64,000 nucleotides of DNA from an uncultured Elusimicrobium sp. Its GTDB lineage: Bacteria; Elusimicrobiota; Elusimicrobia; Elusimicrobiales; Elusimicrobiaceae. Every line of letters begins with the position of its first letter. Within the stretch, counting starts at the first letter, position 1. A program made the translations under genes and the position numbers. Of this stretch, positions 9,849-18,400 are shown piece by piece. The stretch is taken from contig CAZBCE010000003.1 of the NCBI GenBank assembly GCA_964490555.1, forward strand, positions 733-64,732. Reading direction: 5' to 3'. The notes beneath the pieces were generated by a model. That model was given only the letters and a program-made list of their open reading frames with translations. It searched no databases and had not been told where the DNA came from.

Positions 9849-11150
9849 ATGCAAAACCAAACCATAATAATAGGGGCGGGGGTAAGCGGTCTTTCGTGCG
9901 CTTATCACCTGCAACAGGCGGGCCGCGCGGATTATACCGTGCTGGAGGCTTCGCCGCGTTACGGCGGGCTTTGCGCCTCTTATACCAAAGACGGTTTTAC
10001 CTTTGATTACAGCGGCCACCTATTGCATATTTCCAGTAAATACGGCTTAAAACTTACGCAAAAACTTTTGGGCAAAAACGTAAATCTTTTAAAGCGCAAA
10101 GCCTTTGTGCATATATACGGCAAAACTGTTCCGTTCCCATTCCAAAATAATCTTTCTTTTATGGAGGACGACAAATTTATAAGCAGCTGCGTGCAGGACG
10201 CCCTTTTAAGTTACAAGCAAAAAAAACCAAAGGATGCGCCGTTGTTTAAAGACTGGGCTTTGGCGCTTTACGGCAAGTCTATCTGCCAGCATTTTATGTT
10301 TCCTTATAACCAAAAGCTTTGGCAGACGGATTTAAAAAATTTAACCTCCGCGTGGTGCGGCAGTTTTGTTCCCTCCTCCACGTTAGAAGACATAATAAAA
10401 GGCGCTTACGGCAAGCAGAAAAAAGATTACGGCTATAACACACATTTCTTTTACCCTAAGACGGGCGGCGCGCAGGCTTTGTGCGACGCGCTTGCCAAAA
10501 AAGCGGCAAATATAAACCTAAACTGCCCCGTTACGCAAATTGATTTAAAAAATAAAACCGTTACGGCAAACGGCAAAGAAATATCTTATAAAAACCTTGT
10601 AAGCACTATGCCTTTAAAAGATTTGGGCGGCATAATAAAATGCTTACCCGCCGATATAAAAAAACAATTTTCCCTGTTAAATAATAATAAAGTTTATGTG
10701 CTTAATATAGCAGCAACGGGCAAGACGAAAGACGGGCATTGGTATTACTTCCCTCAGGATATTTATCCGTTTTACAGGATTGGCGTGCAATCAGCTTTTT
10801 CCGCCGCTAACGCGCCGCAGAGCGCGTGCAGCTTTTATGCGGAATTCGCCTTTCCCGCCGACGCCAAAAAGCCCGACTTTAAAAAGCTTGAAGAGCAAAC
10901 ATTTAAGCATCTTAAAGAACTCTGTTTTATAGGACAGGAAGAAAAAATATTATTTGCAGACTGGCTTGAAATCCCGCAAGCCTACCCCGTTTACGACACT
11001 GCCTACGCCGACGCGCGGGAAAAGATTGTTGCGTATCTCTCCTCCCAAAATATATACTTACTGGGTAGGTACGGCGCGTGGGAATATTCTTTTATGGAGA
11101 AATCACTTTTAGACGGCGCGGCACTGGCCGCCTGTCTGCTTAAGGTTTAA
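9849..11150 (+). CDS. FAD-dependent oxidoreductase (amine oxidase / protoporphyrinogen oxidase / UDP-galactopyranose-mutase-like fold)
   Basis: N-terminal Rossmann motif IIIGAGVSGLSCAYHL...VLEASPRYGG; 433 aa. It sits next to glycan-assembly genes. Exact activity is not assignable from sequence. Confidence 0.65.
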   Translation: MQNQTIIIGAGVSGLSCAYHLQQAGRADYTVLEASPRYGGLCASYTKDGFTFDYSGHLLHISSKYGLKLTQKLLGKNVNLLKRKAFVHIYGKTVPFPFQNNLSFMEDDKFISSCVQDALLSYKQKKPKDAPLFKDWALALYGKSICQHFMFPYNQKLWQTDLKNLTSAWCGSFVPSSTLEDIIKGAYGKQKKDYGYNTHFFYPKTGGAQALCDALAKKAANINLNCPVTQIDLKNKTVTANGKEISYKNLVSTMPLKDLGGIIKCLPADIKKQFSLLNNNKVYVLNIAATGKTKDGHWYYFPQDIYPFYRIGVQSAFSAANAPQSACSFYAEFAFPADAKKPDFKKLEEQTFKHLKELCFIGQEEKILFADWLEIPQAYPVYDTAYADAREKIVAYLSSQNIYLLGRYGAWEYSFMEKSLLDGAALAACLLKV

Positions 11151-11152
11151 TT

Positions 11153-12283
11153 ATGAATGTTTTAATATACGGCGGAAGTTTTGACCCTGTCCATAAAGGA
11201 CATTACGCGCTTTTAAAAGCGGCGATAAAACAGCTTAATCCCCACAAGATACACCTGTTTACGGCCTATCAATCCCCCTTTAAGGAAAAACCGCAAACGC
11301 CTTTTGAAGTAAGACTGCAAATGGCGCGCGCCGTATTAGGCCCGCTTTCGCCCAATATAATTTTTGACGATTTTGAGCAAAAGGCAGCCCGCGTAACCTA
11401 TACATGGGAAACGGTGGAATATGTGCGCTCGCTTTACCCGCACGCCAAAATTTACCTGCTTGTAGGCACGGACTGCCTTAACGATATACACCGCTGGAAA
11501 AACGCGCCTTACCTTTTTGAAAACTCCGTAATTACGGCGGGTAAAAGAAAGGGTTTTAACTTTGAAACAAAAGATTTTAATTACCTCCTTTTGGAAGGCA
11601 CTTTTCCTTTGGTATCGTCCACGCAGCTTCGCCTTGCAATTTTATGCAACGGGCTTTTGCCAACCAATCTGCCTACAGCCGCAGCGCAGATGATAGAACA
11701 AAATTTAATGTACGGGCTTAAAATGCACAAATGGCTGCAGGCCAATTTAAGGCCCAACAGATATTTACACGTTAAACTGGTGGCGCAGGCCGCCGTGGAA
11801 CTGGCCAGACTTTACGGCGCCAATGCGGAAAAACTTGCGCTTGCCGCCATCTTGCACGACGCGGCAAAATGTATGGGCAATAAAGACCTTGTGCAGTACG
11901 CTTTGGACAATAAATTAAGCGTGCCCGACTTTGAAGATATATGCAAATATTCCCCCTCTCTTTTACATGCGGAAGTTTCCGCGCATTTGGCGCAAAAGCT
12001 TTTTGAGATAAAGGACCAAGAAGTCCTTTCCGCCATAAAAAACCACACCCTTGGCAGCACAGATATGGGCCTTGCGGAAAAAATACTTTTTATAGCCGAT
12101 ATGGCAAGCAAAGACCGCCGCCATAAAGACGCGCAGCGCGTACACGCCGCGTCGCTTAAATCATTAGACGACGGTATGCTTGCCGCAATGCTTGTTAAAC
12201 TTATGTTTACGGTGGAAACAAGCAAATGGCTTGCCCCCGCCGGCATACAATTATGGAACCAAATAATATCAAAACGCAAATAA
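11153..12283 (+). CDS. nadD: fusion protein: nicotinate-nucleotide adenylyltransferase (NadD) plus HD-domain YqeK-like hydrolase
   Basis: The N-terminal half has IYGGSFDPVHKGHYAL (the H-x-G-H nucleotidyltransferase motif). The C-terminal half has RYLHVKLVAQAAVELARLYG...AAILHDAAK (HD motif), as in YqeK. Confidence 0.85.
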   Translation: MNVLIYGGSFDPVHKGHYALLKAAIKQLNPHKIHLFTAYQSPFKEKPQTPFEVRLQMARAVLGPLSPNIIFDDFEQKAARVTYTWETVEYVRSLYPHAKIYLLVGTDCLNDIHRWKNAPYLFENSVITAGKRKGFNFETKDFNYLLLEGTFPLVSSTQLRLAILCNGLLPTNLPTAAAQMIEQNLMYGLKMHKWLQANLRPNRYLHVKLVAQAAVELARLYGANAEKLALAAILHDAAKCMGNKDLVQYALDNKLSVPDFEDICKYSPSLLHAEVSAHLAQKLFEIKDQEVLSAIKNHTLGSTDMGLAEKILFIADMASKDRRHKDAQRVHAASLKSLDDGMLAAMLVKLMFTVETSKWLAPAGIQLWNQIISKRK

Positions 12284-13179
12284 CGCAGCGCCTTGTTGTT
12301 TATGCCGCGGCAGCCCTTTTGATATACGGGGCTTTTGCCTATTTCTATTCGCCATGCGCGCAAAGCATCGCCCAAAGGAAAGAAACGGGTATCAACTTTT
12401 TGGTGCTTACGCAGCAACCTATGTTTATTTCTTATAATCCCAAGGCAAAGAAAGCCGTTGTAAGCATTATTAACCCCAGTAAAAAGAACCCCACTTTAGA
12501 AGATGTGCTTAAGGAAGCGTCCCTTTCCACGGACGATTTTATGTTTTTAGACCCGCGCACAAAAAGCCGCACGCAGTTTTGGGATTCCTTTAAAGATAAT
12601 TTACATCAGTGGAAGCAGAAACCTTACCTTGTTTTCTTTTATATTTACGCCTATATAAAGCTGCGCAAAGATAAAAAAACAGATATTTCCGCAGCGGATT
12701 TTATCGCGCTTTCTTTTGAACTTACCTCACTTGCGCCAGCGGATTTTTCCGTCATAAATAAAGAGCCGCAAAAAACGCCCGCAAAAAAACGCAGGCAGGA
12801 GGTTGCCCCCGCGCAGCCGCAGATAACCCTTGCCAAGGATATAATAACCCCGCAGGCGGAAAAAAAGACAATAGTTATAGAAATTTTAAACGCGTCGGGC
12901 AAAAGCGGCCTTGCGGCGGAAGTTACCCGCTACTTAAGGGACCTTAACAACAAAGGCACGCTTAATTTGGACGTTATAAACTACTCCAGCTTTCCCGCGC
13001 TTATGCCCGAAACGCAGATAATAAACCACAGCGGCAATTTGGAAGATTTAAAAAATATAAGCCTCTATTTAAACTTAGGGGATAAAGAGATTTTCAGCAA
13101 AACTGATAAAATTGCCATATCAGATGCTAAAATAATATTAGGGCAGGATTTCACCCTGCCAAAAACGCTAAATAAATGA
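12226..13179 (+). CDS. membrane-anchored LytR_C (LytR/CpsA/Psr C-terminal) domain protein
   Basis: One N-terminal TM helix (LVVYAAAALLIYGAFAYF). The C-terminal block IVIEILNASGKSGLAAEVTRYLRD is typical of LytR_C domains. The start is uncertain (ATG 12226 or 12253); both overlap the nadD-yqeK end. Confidence 0.6.
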   Translation: MACPRRHTIMEPNNIKTQITQRLVVYAAAALLIYGAFAYFYSPCAQSIAQRKETGINFLVLTQQPMFISYNPKAKKAVVSIINPSKKNPTLEDVLKEASLSTDDFMFLDPRTKSRTQFWDSFKDNLHQWKQKPYLVFFYIYAYIKLRKDKKTDISAADFIALSFELTSLAPADFSVINKEPQKTPAKKRRQEVAPAQPQITLAKDIITPQAEKKTIVIEILNASGKSGLAAEVTRYLRDLNNKGTLNLDVINYSSFPALMPETQIINHSGNLEDLKNISLYLNLGDKEIFSKTDKIAISDAKIILGQDFTLPKTLNK

Positions 13180-13201
13180 TAAACTCTATCAGAGGTATAC
13201 T

Positions 13202-13810
13202 ATGACTAAACAAAACACAAAAGAACTTGTAATAAAAACAGCCCGTATTATAGATGACAAAAAAGCCGAAGACATAAGAGTTTACGATTTAGGCGGTTTA
13301 TCATCACTTTGCGATTATATTATTATAGCCACAGCTACCTCCGCCCCGCACCTTGATTCTTTAGAGCAGGAAGCCAGCACGGAACTTAAAGCAGACGGTA
13401 TTTACAAAACCAACAGGGACGGCGGCGACACAGGCACCTGGCGCGTTTCCGACTACGGCAATTTTATGCTGCACATAATGACGCAGGCCACAAGAGATTT
13501 TTACGCTTTAGATAAAATATTCAGCTTCGGCAAAGAAGTTAACTGGCTTAAACCGGTTGAAAAGAAGGAACCCGCTAAAAAAACGACGGTAAAAACAGCA
13601 AAAAAGGCCGTAAAGAAACCCGCCGCCGCAAAAAAACCTGCGGTAAAGAAAACAGTAAAAAAGGCTGCCGTAAAAAAAGCCGCGGCCAAAAAAACAACCG
13701 TAAAGAAACCCGCAGTAAAAAAAGCAGCCGTAAAGAAAACTCCCGCAAAAAAAGCCAAAAAAACTTCCGCCAAGACAACTAAGAAATCAGCTAAGAAAGG
13801 TACAAAATAA
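13202..13810 (+). CDS. rsfS: ribosome silencing factor RsfS (iojap) with a Lys/Ala/Pro-rich histone-H1-like C-terminal tail
   Basis: The N-terminal ~115 aa match the RsfS pattern (DKKAEDIRVYDL...CDYIIIATATS...WRVSDYGNFMLHIM). The last ~85 aa are KKPA/KKAA repeats. Confidence 0.85.
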   Translation: MTKQNTKELVIKTARIIDDKKAEDIRVYDLGGLSSLCDYIIIATATSAPHLDSLEQEASTELKADGIYKTNRDGGDTGTWRVSDYGNFMLHIMTQATRDFYALDKIFSFGKEVNWLKPVEKKEPAKKTTVKTAKKAVKKPAAAKKPAVKKTVKKAAVKKAAAKKTTVKKPAVKKAAVKKTPAKKAKKTSAKTTKKSAKKGTK

Positions 13811-15409
13811 ATGTTAAATAAGTTAAAACTTAAAATTGAAGACAGAATTTTAAAAGACCAATATTTTTCAGAGTTTGAGGCCCTGCCCGAGATAGAATTA
13901 GCCCCGCCCCCTCCGCATATAGACGCGGATATTTCCCTTGTGTGGGCGATGGCTGCCGCAAAACAAATAAGAAAAAACCCTTTAGACATTGCAAAAAAAG
14001 CCGCAAAAATTATTGAACAGTTAGAAGAAGTCGCCGTTTGTTCCTCCACCGCGCCCGGCTTTATAAACATAAGACTTAAAGACGAATTTTTGGTGGAAGC
14101 AGCACGCGACAGACGCCTTAAAAACAGAAACCTTGCCCCTAATGAAGTTTCCAAAGACAAGGTGCTTATAGAATTTGTTTCAGCCAACCCCACAGGCCCG
14201 CTGCACGTTGCAAGCGGCAGGGGAGCAAGCCTGGGCGACAGCCTTGTAAAAATCCACCGCGCGCTTGGTATTACCTGCGACGCGGAATATTATATTAACG
14301 ACGCGGGCAACCAAGCCGAACTTTTGGGCGAATCTTTAAAAGCCAGAGTTGCGGGTAAAGAACCGCCCGAGAACGGTTATCACGGCGAATACCTTATAGA
14401 ACTTGCAAAACGCATTCCCGCCGATATGCCCGAAAATGAATACGGCCGCTTTGCCATGGAAGAGCTTATCAAAACCCAGCAGGAAGATATGAAAGCTTTT
14501 GAAGTGGAATTTACAAAGTGGTTCAGGGAAAGCCAGCTGCACGGCGAAAACGCCATAAATAATGCTTTAGACTTTTTAAAATCTCAGGATAATGTTTACC
14601 AAAAAGACGGCGCAACTTGGCTTGGCACCACTGCCGACCACGACGATAAAGACCGCGTGCTTGTGCGCACCGACGGCCGCCCCACTTACTTTTTGGCAGA
14701 TATTGCCTATCACAAAAATAAATACGACCGCGGTTACACGCACCTTATAGATATTTGGGGCGCGGACCATCACGGCTATGTGCCGCGTATGCAGGCCGCC
14801 GTTAAAGCTTTGGGCAAACCAGAAGACTCTTTTACCGTTATCATCCACCAGCTTGTGCACCTTATAGAAAACGGAGAGAAGGTTAAAATGTCCAAACGCG
14901 CGGGAACTTTTATAACCTTGCGCGAACTTATGGACGACGTAGGCCGCGACGCCTGCCGCTTCTTCTTTGCAAGCAGAACGCCAAACGCCCATTTAAACTT
15001 TGACATAAATCTTGCCAAAAAACGCACCAACGAAAACCCCGTGTTTTACGTGCAGTATGTACACGCCAGAATTTGCTCCATATTTAAAGCCGCGCAGGAG
15101 CAGCATTTGGAAGCCTTAAGCATAACTTCGCCCGTTAATCTTGCCCCGCAGGAAAGGGCTTTGCTAAGTAAAATGCTTTGGTTTAAAAAAGTGCTTTTAA
15201 CCTGCGTTAAGGATTTAAGTCCGCATCATCTTACCAGTTATCTTACGGAACTTTCCTCTTTATTCCACTCGTTTTACGATTCCTGCCGCGTGCTGGACGA
15301 AAGCGACGCGGAAACAAGCAAATCACGCTTGTTCACCTGCCAGCTTGTTAAGGAAAGAATCGCGAAAGGTTTAGAGCTTATAGGGGTTTCTTCCCCGCAG
15401 CAGATGTAA
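13811..15409 (+). CDS. argS: arginine--tRNA ligase
   Basis: SANPTGPLHVASGRG (HIGH-type class I motif), KMSKRAG (KMSK motif), a C-terminal anticodon-binding region, and a terminal M typical of ArgS. Confidence 0.95.
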   Translation: MLNKLKLKIEDRILKDQYFSEFEALPEIELAPPPPHIDADISLVWAMAAAKQIRKNPLDIAKKAAKIIEQLEEVAVCSSTAPGFINIRLKDEFLVEAARDRRLKNRNLAPNEVSKDKVLIEFVSANPTGPLHVASGRGASLGDSLVKIHRALGITCDAEYYINDAGNQAELLGESLKARVAGKEPPENGYHGEYLIELAKRIPADMPENEYGRFAMEELIKTQQEDMKAFEVEFTKWFRESQLHGENAINNALDFLKSQDNVYQKDGATWLGTTADHDDKDRVLVRTDGRPTYFLADIAYHKNKYDRGYTHLIDIWGADHHGYVPRMQAAVKALGKPEDSFTVIIHQLVHLIENGEKVKMSKRAGTFITLRELMDDVGRDACRFFFASRTPNAHLNFDINLAKKRTNENPVFYVQYVHARICSIFKAAQEQHLEALSITSPVNLAPQERALLSKMLWFKKVLLTCVKDLSPHHLTSYLTELSSLFHSFYDSCRVLDESDAETSKSRLFTCQLVKERIAKGLELIGVSSPQQM

Positions 15410-15442
15410 AATCTGCAAAGATTAAAATCATAAGGAGAAGGT

Positions 15443-18400
15443 ATGAGGAAATATCTTTTAACGGCATTGGCTGTACTTGCGGTGGCGGGGTTTACCTGCG
15501 CCCAAGACATATCTCAGGCGCGCAAAGCTTATGCTTCTGCACTGTATCAACAGGCGGCGGACCAGTTTGCCCCCTTTACAAAATCTAAGGACGAAAATAT
15601 AAGCTGGGAAGCACGCCTTAAAACCGTGCTGGCTTATAATTATTTGGGGCAATTTGATAATGCTTTAAAAACAATTTTCTCTTATCCCTCGCCTGATAAT
15701 TCCCTTTGGAATTCTCGCTACCTTTATATAAAAGCCTCTCTGCTTAACTATAATAATTCCATATACCAATCCCCCGACTTGGAGGAAACACAAACAGACC
15801 CTACCGCCTTTACCTACGAACAAAAAGAAGCCGAAGCAAAAAAGGCTTATACCGCTCTTTGGGATATGCGCAAGGATTTAGTTAACTTTCCCTCAAAACA
15901 AAGTGCGGACTATCTTAAAATAAATTACTCTAATTTAAACCCCGTTTTGCAGCCTTCTTTATTTGACTTTTTTATAAGCAACTGGCAAAGCAACGGCACC
16001 CAGCCGCAGGAAAAAATATTGGAAGAAGCCTATTCCTTAGGCGGTAAAGACAGGGATTATATAAGAGAAGTCTGGCACGTGGAAAGACTTTTGATGTTTA
16101 GAGATTTCCAAGACAAAAAAAGCAGTTTGCTTTTGGCAGCCTGCCTTGATTATGCCTCGGGCCTGTCCGAAAAGTGCAGCCCCTCCAAAGAGATGAAGCC
16201 TTATCTTTTTACCGCAAAAGAAATTATGGGCAAAGCAAAGGCCTCCCTGGAAAGCGCGCAAATATATTTAAGCGCTAAGGAATACGAAAAAGCAGCCGCC
16301 GCGGCAGACTATTGCCTTAAACTGCCTTTAAATTATTTCTCCCAATCCTGCAAGGATATAAAAAACAATTTGGAAACCCCCACTCTTTCTTGGGAGGGCA
16401 ACGGTTATAATATAACTGATGTTCCATCCGGGGAGGATGTTCCTTTAAAGGTTGTTTCTTCTAACGTAAAAAATTTTTATATTCATATTTTCCCGCTAAA
16501 TGCGGAGGAGTTTTCTTATCCATGCAATAACTACGCCAGAAGAGGCAAAGCCGCGCTTAAAGCTTCCGTCTGCTGGCGCAATTATCAGGATAATATAGAA
16601 AGAAAATTAGAAAAAGCAAAACCTTCCCGCACACTTGCGGTAAATGTTAAATATCCCCAAAAGTACGCGCCTGCCACAACTAAAGTTACATTGCCCTATA
16701 TCTCCGACGGTTTTTACGCCGTGGGTTTAAGTTATCATAATCGTTTTGAATACGACAACCCCGTTATGTTATTAAACTTTACGGACCTTGCCGCCTTTGC
16801 GACGCAATTTAAAACAATATCTCAAGATAAAATTAAAATACCGCTTTATAAAAAATATTTTAATGTTTACACCGTCGACGCTAAAACAGGCGCGTTAAGA
16901 CCTAATATAAAAATATTTTCAAGTTTGGGAGATACAAAAACTGATATTAACGCGCAGGCTTTAATAAGCTATGAAGGCCGCAGTATGGGAGAAAATTATC
17001 TTAGCTTGCTTGCAAAAGATTATGGCAACAACGCTTTGCTGCCAAGCGTTTACATTAACGATAACGAAGAAGAACCATATAAAATAATTATCAATAAAGA
17101 CAGGGCCATATACCGCCCCGAGCAGGAAATTAAACTGGCCTTTACCGTTATAGAAAAAACGCCAAGCGGATATACTCCCTACTCGGGCAAAGATACGCTT
17201 GCTCTTACAATCGCCTCGCCAAACGGCAAAAATATTGCCAAAGCCGATATAGCTTTGGACGATATGGGCAGCGCAGATTATTCCTTTAAAATACCAAAAG
17301 GCGCATTAATGGGCAGGGTGTTGATAAACGCAAGATTTAAAAAAGTTTCCGATACATCTTTCATCTCTGTAGAGGAATACAAAAGGCCGGAGTTTGAAGT
17401 TTCCCTTGATAAAAACCTTGACGCTGTTACCTACGGCAAGCCCTTTACCGTAACGGGCAAAGCAAAGTATTACTACGGTAGCCCCGTGGCAAACGCCAAG
17501 GTTACATACAGCATAAACAAGGAGTACTTTATACCTTGGTTCTGTTGGTACTTCCCCGTGCGTCAAAACCGCCAGCAAAGCATTGAGGGCAAGGCGATAA
17601 CAGATAAAGACGGCGCTTTTAAAATAACCTTTACCCCGCAAGAGGACGAGGACAATAAAACCGCGCGCTACTCTCTGCCGCAACGCTATAACATAACCGC
17701 TTTTGTTACCGACGCGGGCGGACGCGCTATACAAGATTCCCAAAGATATACCGTCAGCCGTCAGGAAAAGTTCTTTGCTATAAAGAACGATAAGGGCTTT
17801 TTCCGTCAAGATAAAGAGGGCTATTTAACCGTGCAGATGGTAAACGCGGACGAGGCCCCGCTTGAAGGCTCCGCAAAAGCCGTAATCTATTCCGCCGAGC
17901 CGACAGAAACGCCCGAGGATATATTCAGGAATATGGACCGCCTGCCCGAATTTAAAGAAGGCAAACAAGTAAAATCCTTCAGCGCGGATTTTAATAAAGA
18001 AGGCCCCTCAAAAATAAATCTTCCCGCGTTAAAAGAAGGCTTTTACATAATCAAATTTATAACGGAAGGCTCCGACGGTAAAGACAATGAAGGTAAGTTT
18101 ACCTTTATGGTAGTAAACCCGAAGAACTGCAAACTTAACTTGCCCTCCGTTACCATAGCGGAAGAAAAAGTTTATTACCCCGGTCAAACCGCCGCCGTAC
18201 TTATAGGCGCGGCAAAAGCAAAGGGCAATAAATATATAGAACTTTATAAAGACGGTATGCTTTTAGAGCAAAAAACCCTGCCGACATCTGGCGCGGCGAT
18301 ATTGGAAATACCCGTAAAAAAATCTTACGAGGGCGGCATTTCCCTAAACTGGTTTGCCGCTTACGCTATGGAAGGTTTTAAAGGCTCCGCCTCGCTTGAA

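Noticed and set aside
13561-13800. Short tandem DNA repeats that might be a CRISPR or VNTR locus
   Set aside because: The repeats are 15-30 nt, degenerate, have no unique spacers, and sit in frame within the rsfS ORF. They are coding low-complexity sequence, not a CRISPR array.
13501-14193. 230-aa minus-strand ORF (and 13575..13778) opposite rsfS/argS
   Set aside because: This is an antisense artefact of the Lys/Ala repeat region: AAA/GCC-rich codons read as Phe/Ala runs on the other strand. The sense strand encodes recognisable RsfS and ArgS.
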